A stretch of DNA of 64,000 nt from the human T2T-CHM13v2.0 reference genome, Homo sapiens, in the NCBI RefSeq assembly GCF_009914755.1, contig NC_060928.1. The stretch is one strand, 5' to 3'. The translations under genes were made by a program, and so were the position numbers. Of the stretch, positions 47,035 through 58,320 are shown one piece after another. The notes below the pieces were generated by a model that made no database searches, was not told the DNA's origin, and saw only the letters and a program-made list of their open reading frames with translations. How positions within the stretch are numbered: position 1 is the first letter of the stretch; each line of letters begins with the position of its first letter.

Positions 47035-47635
47035 TAATTGGTTAAACAGCCTTTACCTTTCAGTCTTCAGAGCTGGCTGTGGTAGTGCTGGATCAGCAGG
47101 AGAGCTCTCCTGTCCTCAGTGCTTGGTGATTCTCATAGTGGCCAGTGAACATCTATGAGGGCAGATCCCTGACCCATGGGGACCACTTCTGTGGGTGAGG
47201 GCTAAAAGGAAGCCTGAAACCTGAGATCTCAGGATTTTCTTCTTTCCAAATGTGGTTATCCAAATGAGGAAATGAGGAGCTTTCTAATCAACAGGAGAAC
47301 ATAGCTTTATTTGAAGTCGTCCAGTTGGTTAGTTTCATTCAGAAGAGCATTGTGTGACCCTAAACTCAGAATTTTGCTCCTGGTAGTTCCTCATCATTTA
47401 GAGGGCTTAGGTTGGTAGGCATTTTTATGAGGATCTTTTTTCTTGTGATTAAAAAAGAAAAAAAAAAAGAAAACACCTCCTAGTTTTGATTTCAGTTTTG
47501 AGAAACAAGTTAACATTTTTTATAGAAATGTGTAATGTGGTATTTTAATGATTATATGAAGGTGTGAGAATGAGATGGCTCTGTTTTAATCTCTGATTAA
47601 ATACTCTGCTTTAATACTCTGATTCTTTTGGACAG

Positions 47636-47694
47636 ATGATTCAGCAGTAAATATGTATATATTACATTCAGGAAACAGCCTTATATGGATACAG
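47636..47694 (+). CDS. TMEM131L: TMEM131L coding exon, 59 nt ([20 protein letters not shown])
   Basis: ggacag|AT ... CAG|gtaatt; phase 1 in, phase 0 out. Confidence 0.92.
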
Positions 47695-48009
47695 GTAATT
47701 GTAAATGCTTACCTAAAGTAACTTTTAAAATTGCAAGTGTGCATTTAATTGTAGAATATGAGGGTTTTTCAGGAACAGAGACAGAAGCACTATCTTTATT
47801 CTTTTTTGCTTTAATTTAAGCCCATTTGCCCTTGCTTGAACCTCTGTTTGTATGAAGATTGTCAGCATCCCCTCCATATGGTTATGGCACAGATGCTGAG
47901 CAGTTGCTATGTATGGCTGGTCTGTGCTATTTATTCTAACGGTTCATTCAAACTGGATAAATACTCTCCCAGCTGAGAGTAGTCACATGGGACTTTTCTT
48001 TTATTTCAG

Positions 48010-48118
48010 GATATACGCCATTTCTCACAGAGAGATGCTCTGTCTCTGCAGTTTGAACCAGTACTACTACCTACTTCTACAACAAACTTTACAAAAATTG
48101 CTTCTTTTACCTGCAAAG
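48010..48118 (+). CDS. TMEM131L: TMEM131L coding exon, 109 nt ([36 protein letters not shown])
   Basis: tttcag|GAT ... AAAG|gtacag. Confidence 0.94.
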
Positions 48119-49283
48119 GTACAGATTTTTAAACAGATTGTCATTTGACTTTTGTTATCTGGTTGTCATGATGGCAACTCTTTCTACAACTACAGATTAG
48201 GCATGGTTTCAAAAAAGTGAAGGGAATGCGTTTGATTTCAAGAAGTCCCAGCCTTAGTAGTTCTAAGATAGTATGATGTAGAAACTATTGTTGATGCCAC
48301 TTTTATTCTGCCACATATGTAGAATTTTGAGTTTAAAGCTTAATATTCTGTGTTGATAACGATTAGGAAGGAAAGCACTGTTAGGTTTTTGACAGGAGTC
48401 TATGCAGGCTGTTTTTGAGGGAAAATTGGCAAATCTCTATGAAAATTTAAAATGCACATATTTACTCTTTGATCCTTAATTCTAGTTTTAAGAGTTTATC
48501 CTCCAGATATGTATGTATTCAAAACTGTACCTATAAGAAATGTGTGTTTGTTAGGACAGAACAGCTGATCATCTGTGTTCAGATGTGAGAGAGTGTTCAG
48601 AAACATGCATGGACAGCGATGCGAGCAGTGTGTGTACATTTAATTTTTTTTTAGAGGATATCTGTGTACTTATACATGCACAGAACACCTGGAAGGATGT
48701 TGCAGAAACTGCTAACAGCTGCCTCCTCCAAGATAATTGGGAGTCAGGGTGAAGAAAGGTAGATTTTATTTTCACATTTTTTTGTTAGTGTTTGAATTTT
48801 TAAAAACCATATATATAACTTTAAAAAAGTTGGTTATTAGCATCAGAGAGTTAAGAATTGAACACAAGCGACTCAATATTATAACCTAATCAAGGAGAGC
48901 TTAAAAGTATTATTTTGATCAATCAGCACTGCTTTCAAATGCAGCCCACTTTTTGCTGGTCAGCTCCCTTTTGCTCTTTAGGTTTTATTCCTTTCTTGCT
49001 CGTGCCTCCACACATTTTACTCTGCCAAGTGAGCTTCTTGTTTCACTTTTGTCATTTCTGGTAGAGAAGTTGGTTTTTAAAAGTATGGACTTCTGGATAA
49101 TTGGCAACAAAGAAGATGACAGGAACATTTGAGAAAGTAGTTACCTTTTATGTCTGATTCACTATTTTAATGGAGACAGAAAAGTGAATAAAAATTTATA
49201 AATAAGACATATATCTTTTGTTCAGGCTTAATGAAAGAAAAGGTACTTAAGCTTCACATTTATTTCTTTATACCACAAAGCAG

Positions 49284-49377
49284 CTACATCATGTGACAGT
49301 GGAATTATAGAAGATGTGAAGAAAACAACACACACTCCAACACTAAAAGCATGCCTCTTCTCTTCTGTGGCTCAGGG
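49284..49377 (+). CDS. TMEM131L: TMEM131L coding exon, 94 nt (97 nt if the proximal NAGNAG acceptor at 49281 is used) (ATSCDSGIIEDVKKTTHTPTLKACLFSSVAQG)
   Basis: acaaag|cag|CT ... CAGGG|gtaggt. Confidence 0.92.
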
Positions 49378-49903
49378 GTAGGTTACTTCCACTTTCCCTG
49401 AAATCTTGTATGGTTGTTGTTGTTGTTTTCCCCTCTAGAAATGGTTTAAAAATATAGTGATATGATTTGTGTGATTCTCTCTCTCACTGGCCTTGCCTCC
49501 CCTTGCCTTAGCATTGCTAACAGGCAGTGAAAGGGATATTAGCTGAGTGGGGAAAAGGAAGTGAAATAATTCAGTTTATGAAATAGGTTCAGCATCAGGC
49601 ATCCAGATGTGTGAAAAGAGTACATATTCACATGGTGTTTCTGAGTTGGCTTCAGGTTCTGGTTTGGTCCTGGCGGCCTCTGTGAGCTGTGCTGGCCGCA
49701 GCCTGGTTGCTTCCCCTCGGGCTTCCAGTTGCTCCCTATGTGAGCCAGAAGGTTGAAGGAGGCGATTGCCGAGGTTGTCTCTGGCGCTAGCTTTCATTTA
49801 GTAACGTTTTATGATGCTCCTGTTTTTGCAATTAGAGGCTCATAAGAGGGCTGACTGTTGTCCCACACTCAGGCCTGATAGCATGCATGTCGTCTGTTCA
49901 CAG

Positions 49904-50057
49904 GTATTTTAGAATGGACTCTTCTGCAACCCAGTTTCACATAGAGACTCATGAGAACACATCAGGACTTTGGTCAATATGGTACCGCAACCATTTTGAC
50001 CGTAGTGTTGTATTAAATGATGTGTTTCTTTCCAAGGAGACCAAGCACATGTTAAAG
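49904..50057 (+). CDS. TMEM131L: TMEM131L coding exon, 154 nt ([51 protein letters not shown])
   Basis: ttcacag|G ... AAG|gtacat. Confidence 0.94.
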
Positions 50058-50654
50058 GTACATATAGTATTTTTTCCCCAAGTTTTAGCTTATTTTAAGC
50101 TTTGTTTAAGGTCAGATGCTGTGAAATTATTTCTATAAAATAATAAAAAATATTCCAAATGCTATGAAGTTATTATTTATATAAAATTTTATGATTTTTA
50201 AAACATGTATTTTTCTTTTAACATTTTCAGAATTACTTTTAGGAGACTTCTCTTTCTCTCTTTTTAAAAAACTGTTTTTAAAAGAGCTCAAAGGGACCAG
50301 GATATAGCCTTTCAAAATTATTTGCTCTTACCATTATTCAAAAATATTATGTATATGTATTGTTCTAAAAAGATTAGTAAAAATGAGCCTGGTTCATGAT
50401 AAAATAGTAGGTTTTTTGCAAAATATCACTTACTGAAATTTCAAGATTACTTTTGTGAAATTTAAAACAGTGTCATCTTAAGCATTATTTGTAACCTATC
50501 ATTTCTATAAAAATATTCCAACTTTTGATCTGGAAATAACTGAGTAAAATCATACTTTCTGAAGTATAGAAGAATGTTAGCATCATACTTTATAATGATT
50601 TTAATCATAATTAGTGTTAGGAAAAGTAATTTCTCTTGCTTCTTTTCTTTTTAG

Positions 50655-50825
50655 ATTCTGAATTTCACTGGCCCTTTATTTCTACCTCCAGGCTGTTGGA
50701 ATATATTTTCTTTGAAACTTGCTGTTAAAGACATTGCCATAAATCTATTCACCAATGTATTTTTGACTACAAACATAGGTGCCATTTTTGCAATACCTCT
50801 ACAGATTTATTCAGCACCAACCAAG
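50655..50825 (+). CDS. TMEM131L: TMEM131L coding exon, 171 nt, phase 0/0 ([57 protein letters not shown])
   Basis: ctttttag|ATT ... AAG|gtattt. Confidence 0.95.
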
Positions 50826-52187
50826 GTATTTTCTACAATACTATATGTGTGTTACAGTTTTCTTAATTACTGTTGCTTTTTATTAACCTTTAGTGCTTGA
50901 GTTTTATTAACTGGGTTAAGCTCACGTTCTTTAAGGCTAAGAAACTGAAGGATATTACCAGGCCAGTCTTGGATGATAAATTGTTCAGACATAAAAATCT
51001 TTATTTGGAAAGAGTTTTCTTTTTTATAAAGTAATTTGAAGTTCTTGAATGAAATAAGGCATGACCAATAGATTAATAGATGTCATTTTCATTTATTTCC
51101 AAAATTTGTAGAGCAACCAGTATGTGTTTGCTATAGAAAACACAGGTTGGCTTTTAGTACATACTTGCAATGACTTAATAAATTAAATTGTTAAATGCTT
51201 TATTTGGATCTCTTCTAAGTGACTCTTAGTTGCTCGTAATCCTTGAATTTGCTTAGTGGGCCAAGTATAAAGCCTGAAAAGATTCACAGTTAAGAAAATG
51301 CTTTCTAAAATCTGGGTAAATTATATTTAATTTAGACCGTCTTAAATATGTCTCTTTCTTTAATATTTATTTCTTTTCATTTGGTTATTATTTTTGCTTC
51401 TTTTTGCTCCAAGCTATTTTGTATAACTCTGGGTTCTGGTTTTTCTATGCAACATTCATGCAACCATCTTTATTTTTTTTCTCACTTATAGTGTGGATCT
51501 TTCATAGTTAGAAATGCCTCATGCTTAACTAGCTGTAAGCGTACAGATAGGAATTCTAAAATTAAACAATGTAAGGTTAATTCCATTTATCCATATTTTG
51601 AGCAGGGGTGGTTTCTTAGAAATTTTTTTTCTATTCAAGAGATGCATGTCAGCAGAGTGTGGGAGGAGCAGGCAGGTTTCAGGTATACCTGTAGGAAATG
51701 GGAAATTAAATGTCCTGAATAGCTAGGAGTTGTTATAGATTGGCATACTGTTTCCCAGAGGATTAGAGTTCAATTAAAAAAAAACAAAACTTCTGACCAC
51801 TGAGAATGTCCTGAGACTAATCTAATCTTTTTTTTTTAATTTTTAATTTTTTTTACAGTTAGGGTCTCACTCTGTTGCCCAGGCTTCAGTGCAGCCATGT
51901 GATCATAATCTTTATTTAATTCAGATGGCAGTTTGGTGTCTTGTGGGCCCAAGGGTCATTATTGTCATTGATTATTGTGCCTGCAGAAGCCACTCAGTGA
52001 CCCTCCTAGGGAGAGACAGTTCAGATTTCTCTGAAAATTCCTTAACAATTAGAAAGTAATTTTTGGCTCGTGGTTAAAGGGAAGTTCACTGAGGTGCAGA
52101 CCAATGTCTGCTTTGAATTTTAGTGCATTAGAATTTTTATGTTTAGTGCTGTGTTTTAAGTTATTCATATATTACTTTTCAATCTAG

Positions 52188-52257
52188 GAAGGGAGTCTGG
52201 GTTTTGAAGTGATAGCACATTGTGGCATGCATTATTTCATGGGAAAATCAAAAGCAG
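52188..52257 (+). CDS. TMEM131L: TMEM131L coding exon, 70 nt ([23 protein letters not shown])
   Basis: aatctag|GAA ... GCAG|gtaagt. Confidence 0.93.
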
Positions 52258-53335
52258 GTAAGTATTTTGCCCTTAGGCTTTCTGTAGATCTCTAGTTTGG
52301 GGGATGGGAAATAGTGAGGAAAATTAGCATTTGTCAATGGAATAATTAGTTCTGTAAAGGCATCATATTCTATAGAGAGGATGATCATTAACAGAATGAC
52401 TTAAAATTGTTAAGAACCCTCCAGAAACACCTGGGGTACTGTAAATAATGCCCCTTTATTATCTAGTAGCTTGTACTTCCGCAAGGGTTTTTTTTTTTTT
52501 TTTTCAAATAACATTGTTCGATCATCACAGCACCCATAGGAAAAATTGGAAGATTCTGATTCTTTTATGAAAGAACTGACTAGAAGTTAGTAAAAATAAC
52601 TTGGAATTGTATTTGAGGACTTAAGTTATAGGAGTGTAAACATCTTGCAGATGGTGCTAGTTGTGATTTGAGACTGAAGGGCCTTAGTGTTGATGTACAA
52701 GCTGTTTCTTGTTTTGAGTTTTTTTTTTTGTTTTTTTTGTCTTTTGATTTATAGAGATATTTAGGGAGAGTTTTAAAGTATAGTTTTTTTTTTTTTTTTT
52801 AAAGATTCCCACCTCTCCTTCCTGATACCCTCCTTAGCAAGACAGAACAAATCTGTTGGTAGAATGAGGTGAACAATAGACCAGTTATAAACATGCATCT
52901 TCTCTAGGATCGGCTCCTGGTCTGTGCCCCCTTTCAAGAACTACTGTTTTCCCTCGGCACTCTAGATAGTGACCTGGAAGACTCGTTGATGATTAGCATG
53001 TGTGTGGAAGGAGTTTCGCATTTTAGATTTAAAGCTGTTAAAAATGTTCCAAGTATAATTTTGTTTCAGGCTGTATTCATGAGCCATGTGTCTTTTACGT
53101 TATTACCTTTACATAATTCGATTTAGTTTTGTTTTATGACATGTTTGTTTAATTTGATATCATTTGCCATTGAGTTAGAGGGACTTTTAATAAATAAGCA
53201 GCAGAGACAGAGGTGGCATTTATTAACTCTACAGTCCTCTCAGTTTAAGAAGTTTAATATTAAGCCCTTGGCATTATTTACTAATTGAATTATGTTTTCT
53301 GTAAATCTAAATATGGAATCTGATCTAACTTTTAG

Positions 53336-53453
53336 GAAATCCTAATTGGAATGGGAGCCTTTCTCTGGATCAATCTACCTGGAATGTGGATTCTGAACTT
53401 GCAAATAAATTGTATGAAAGATGGAAGAAATATAAAAATGGTGACGTCTGCAA
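53336..53453 (+). CDS. TMEM131L: TMEM131L coding exon, 118 nt ([40 protein letters not shown])
   Basis: Branch-like ctaac then ttttag|GA ... CAA|gtacgt. Confidence 0.94.
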
Positions 53454-53503
53454 GTACGTCTCCACTGTCTTCTTTTTTGTTCGGTGGTGGGGAGACACTG
53501 TTA

Positions 53504-54107
53504 CAGTAGTCCCTCCTTACCTGCGGGGACACATTCTAAGACCCCCCTCTCACCCCACCGTAGATGCCTGAAACTGTAGCAGACCCTATATACTATGCAT
53601 GAATTTATTTTTCCTTCATCATAATTTCACAAATAGAAGATTCATTCTTACTGTAAATCTTAGCAGTCTCAGCATACAATTTTTTTCTATTAAGTCGACA
53701 ACTTTCACCTTTTTGGGTAAAAGGAAGCACTTTATGGCTTCTCTTTGGCATATCTGAATTGTCAGCATCACTCTTCTTGCACTTTAAAGCCATTATTAAG
53801 TCAAATAAGGGCTACTTGAACAAAAGCACTGTGACGCCAGGACAGTTGACCTGATGACTGAGATGGCTACTAAGTGACTAGCAGGCAGGTAGGGGATCCA
53901 TGTGGATATGCTGGGCAGAGGGATGATTTGCATGTCCCAGACAAGATGGAGTGGGGCGGCTTGAACTTTCATCATGCTACTCAGTACTGTGTGTAATATA
54001 AAAGTTATGAATTATTTCTGGAATTTTTCACTTAATATTTTCAGACCCCAGTTGACCACAGGTAACTGAAACTTTGGAAAGCAAAACTGCATAAGGGCCA
54101 ACGACTG
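53504..54107. mobile_element. MER44/Tigger7-derived DNA transposon
   Basis: TA|CAGTAGTCCCTCCTTA left TIR and ...ataagggccaacgactg right TIR; - strand ORF 53605..53793 resembles a Tigger transposase N-terminus. Confidence 0.8.
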
Positions 54108-54139
54108 CACACAGTATTTTATTGACATTACAGTCCATA

Positions 54140-55410
54140 GTTTCTAGTGATCGATACTTCTCTCCAGCTTTTAATTTTGACAAATTTCAAACCTCAGAAG
54201 TTGAGGGTAGTGCAGTGAATTCTCAAATATTCCTCATCTAGATTTTGTTCACCAGATGTTCACATTTTATCACTTTTGCTTTATTTCTCTATGTGTACAC
54301 ACACACATAGAAACACATACACGCACAGACTTTTGGCCGAGTCATCAAAAGTGAGCTGTAGATGTCATACTTCAACTCTCAATACTTTATTAGGAAATTC
54401 TTTATTTCCTAAAGAGAATATTTTCTTATGTATAACTATACTACCATTGCATACCCAACAAACTTGACATTCATGTAATTATATTGTTTAATATACAGTC
54501 TATGTTAAAATTTTCCCTAGTTGATCCAGTAGTGTTCATTATAGCTGCTTTTTTATCTTTTCTTTTAACCCAGAATCCATTTAAAGGCCATGCATTGCAT
54601 TTGGTTGTCTTGTTTTCTTAGTTTTCTTTAGACTAGTGTTCCTACCTTTCATCATCTTTCATCATGTTGATACTTTTTAAAAGTTCAGGCCAGTTGTTTT
54701 ATAAAACATTCCACACTCTGGATTTTTCTGATTGTTTCCTCAAGTTCATGTTCTGGTTAAATGTTTCTGGCAAGAATATGAGTTATCTGGTTGAACTTGT
54801 GTCTGTATTATTTCATCTCATCAGGAAGTACATAAATGTCAGTTTGTTCCATTATTGGCATTGCTGAGTTGAGTTGCTTGGTTTAGGTGATGAGTGACAG
54901 AACTCTCCATTGTACATACCTTTTTCCTTGTGTAATTAATAAATCTGTGCTGTGATAATTTGATAAATTACGGTATAAACGCCCTGTTCCCTAAGGATGT
55001 TTTATCCCATGGTTTTAGTATCTATTGATAATCCTTGCCAGAATCAATTGTTAGACTAATGGCTGCAAAATGATGTTTCTGATTATTTTGTTCATTCTAC
55101 ATTTATTGGCAGATTTTTTTTTTCTGAAAGAGTGTTTCTCTTGCTTTTAAGCATCACTCTGATTCTTTAGTTGCAGTGTTGTACTCTCTTACCATCACTA
55201 TTATTTTTGATGATAAATTGTTCCAAATTTGGCTGGTAGGAGCCCTTCGGCTGGCTTGTGTGGCCCTTTGACATGTTCTGTTGTTGTTTGAGTGCTTCCT
55301 TGCTTTCTAGTAAAACAGGGCCTTCTAGGATCAATCTTGTACTTTCCCATCCCCAGACCTAGAATAAACCATTTCCCCAAGAGCCCTTTTCCTTTAAGTG
55401 GGAATAGTAT
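54140..55410 (-). mobile_element. L1MC/ME fragment
   Basis: ttttaattttgacaaatttcaaac, catgcattgcatttggttgtc, ccatttccccaagagccc motifs. Confidence 0.7.
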
Positions 55411-55501
55411 TTAGTGATTTCCCTAAATAACAAAATTATTAAATATTAAATTTTTAAATATCAAAATATTTTTCATAATAGTTTCTTTATCAATTAAACA
55501 G

Positions 55502-55643
55502 GAGGAATGTTTTGGGAACAACTCGATTTGCTCACTTGAAGAAATCCAAGGAGTCAGAGTCCTTTGTTTTCTTTTTGCCTCGTTTGATCGCAGAGCCTGG
55601 CCTCATGTTAAACTTCAGCGCAACTGCCCTTAGGAGCAGGATG
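55502..55643 (+). CDS. TMEM131L: TMEM131L coding exon, 142 nt ([47 protein letters not shown])
   Basis: aaacag|G ... ATG|gtgagg. Confidence 0.94.
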
Positions 55644-55847
55644 GTGAGGACAGTGTGTCTTTTCATTTCTTTGTCAGTGACTCCCCAGTGCTTGGGTTTT
55701 CAAAGTACCAGATTGTGTCCACCTTTAGCTACCGTTTCAAAGCCAAAATTAAGGCGATGTCAAAAGAACTAGATGAGCAGTAAAACTCTAAACAGACTGA
55801 AAATGCAGGAAACAAATAGACTTTGAATTGAGTGTACCCTCCATAAA

Positions 55848-56170
55848 TGTGTCAGTTAAGAAAGTACTCAACTGCAAACAGCAGAGAAAATCTTGACTAG
55901 CTTAACTAGGAGTCATTTTATAACAAGAAGCTCAAAGGGGAGAAGTCCAGAGTGAGTCAGGTTGTGCTCTCTGTGATGCCATCAGGGACTGAGGCTCCCC
56001 TCCCTGTCTACTGTCCATCCTTAGCGTGTTGACTTCGGTGCTTGTCTGTGCCTCTCTCGTCCAGCTCCGGTGGCGGGAAGACTGGGCAAAGGGAAGGACG
56101 TGCCTCCAGCAGACTTCCATTTATGTCTCATAAGTCTCATGGCTAAGAACTCTATACCACACGTGACATG
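55848..56170. mobile_element. Old MaLR/ERVL LTR remnant (MLT1/LTR33-like)
   Basis: tgtgtcagttaag...actgcaaacagcagagaaaa...gatgccatcagggactgaggctcc. Confidence 0.45.
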
Positions 56171-56229
56171 AATTATAATGTATGACTTATCAGGTGCTCA
56201 TAGATTTTCTTAGGGATGACATCCTTAGG

Positions 56230-56892
56230 CTGTTTTTTAACTTTTTATTTTTAAATGATTTCAACTTAGAGAAAAGTTTCAAGAGTAGTATATCAGGAGC
56301 TCCCAAAAAGAAAATCAGGAGCTTGCAAAAAGAAAAGAATCTTTTTGCAAAGATTCATCAATTTTTAATGTTTGCCACACTTGCTTGAACATTCTCTTTC
56401 TGCATACATGTATCTTTGTGAGCCATCTGAGTGTCAGACGTTATGCCCTCTTACCTCTAACTTTCAGTGTGAATTATTTAAGAACGAGGGCTTTTTTCTG
56501 AACCATAGTATAATGATCAAAATCAGAAAATGCAACAATCATGATGCTGTTATTTAATCTACAGTAAATATATACAGTATATATGTATATATACTACATA
56601 TATACAGTATATGTAGATCAAGTGTTTTCAGAGATCCCACTGTCATACTTTCCAGCATTTTTTTTTTTCTGGTTCAGAATCCAGTCCAGGATTTCTCATT
56701 TCATTGGCAGGTCTTTTTAGTCTCCTTTAATCTTCCCCAGCTGTTCTTTGCCTTTTATGACATAGACATTTTTGAAGCGTGCTGGCCATTTATTTCCTAT
56801 GATGTTTCTTGATTGGAGTTACATGATGTTTCCTCATGATTAGGTTATGCTTTTTGGCCAGAATATCTCAGGAGGGATGCTGTGTCCCTCTC
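56230..56892 (-). mobile_element. L1MC fragment ending about 30 nt before the exon 56924 acceptor
   Basis: ttcaacttagagaaaagtt, gtttcctcatgattaggttatgctttttggccagaatatc. Confidence 0.7.
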
Positions 56893-56923
56893 GGGGTTTT
56901 AACTTTTCTTTCCTCACACCTAG

Positions 56924-57033
56924 GTCAAGTACTTTGTGGTGCAGAACCCGTCCTCTTGGCCGGTCTCCTTGCAGCTCCTGCCTCTCTCCTTGTACCCTAA
57001 ACCCGAAGCCCTAGTGCATCTGCTCCACAGATG
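56924..57033 (+). CDS. TMEM131L: TMEM131L coding exon, 110 nt ([37 protein letters not shown])
   Basis: cacctag|GTC ... ATG|gtatga. Confidence 0.94.
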
Positions 57034-57384
57034 GTATGAAGACTTTTTTTCTGAGAGGCAGTTTGGGAAGTACTTGGGAAGACTTAGAATTACTTAATGT
57101 CCTACACTTTTTCAACCAGGACCTGTGTGTGGATGTGGACACAGTATTAACCCATTAGCTCATGGACCTTGGGCATCCTGCCCCTTGGTGCATGTGATTT
57201 GATGGAACTACCTGGCTCTGTGTCTTATGTGGCATCTTCAGTGTTACTATGCGAAGTCCACTAACCAACAGATCCTTTTCTTTAGCTAGGGAACCTTTAT
57301 CATGTTTTTTTCACATATACTCCTAATATTTAGACTCACAATCATGGTGATTTCTGGGCAGCATAAATAAGTTTAGTGTTTTAG

Positions 57385-57570
57385 TCCAATTGGCCCTCCA
57401 TATCTGCAGGGGAATTGGTCGCAGGACCCCCTCGGATACTAAAATCTCAAGGATGTTCAAGTCCTTTAAAACCATTGATGGAAAAATTGGCCCTCCTTAT
57501 TTGAGGGTTCTCCACCTGCGGTTGGTTGAACCTGCAGGTTTGGAACCTGCAGATGCAGAGGGCTGAATGT
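57385..57570. mobile_element. Tigger-derived MITE (MER2/MER46-like)
   Basis: ttggccctccatatctgcagggg...ttggttgaacctgcagg...gatgcagagggctga. Confidence 0.65.
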
Positions 57571-57699
57571 ATATTCTTGTCTAGCATTAAACAGGAAGAG
57601 ATGATAATTAGTTCATGTCTGTTATATCTTATTTTCACACAATCACAGTTTTACTTAGAATGTTTCCAGCTTCTCGTTTAGTAAGATCGACCCTTATCC

Positions 57700-57927
57700 C
57701 AGGGTTTCTCAGCTTTCGCAGTATTGGTATTTTGGACCAGATGGTTCTACCATTCTGTTTGGTGGGGGTGGGAGGGGCCATCTTGTGTGTTGAAGGATGT
57801 TTAGCAGCATTCCTGGCTTCTCCCACTAGATGCCAGTAGGACCTCCCCAGCTGTGACAACCAAAAATGTCTCCAGACGTAGCCCAGTGTTTCCCGTGGGA
57901 TAAAATTGCCTTTGGTTGAGAGTCACT
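57700..57927. mobile_element. MER20 (hAT-Charlie)
   Basis: cagggtttctcag...ggatgtttagcagcattcctggc...gtgacaaccaaaaatgtctccagac...gttgagagtcact. Confidence 0.8.
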
Positions 57928-58247
57928 TTTTTTTTCAAAAAAGTTGCTTTATATTTAGAGCTTCTGTCACCATATGCTTCCTTACATCCTGTGATGCCAA
58001 AGTCATTCATTTAGCAATATTTATTGATCATTGACAATATGGCAGATATGGGTGTGGGAATGTGGGGTGGAGCTGGGTGGGAATGTGGGGTGGAATGTCG
58101 GGTGGACAGGATGGGATGAATTTTGTGTGTATGTGTGTGCAAACGTACTCACCTATGTATAAATGTATATATGTGCACACACTTATTAAATCTTTCTTTA
58201 CTGGCAGATGTGAGCGCTGTTTTAAACATTTGCTTTTTTCCTTATAG

Positions 58248-58320
58248 GTTTGGCACTGATACGCAGATGATTAATTTCACAACTGGTGAATTCCAGCTCA
58301 CCGAAGCTTGCCCTTACCTG
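58248..58320 (+). CDS. TMEM131L: TMEM131L coding exon, 73 nt ([24 protein letters not shown])
   Basis: ccttatag|G ... CTG|gtagga. Confidence 0.93.
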
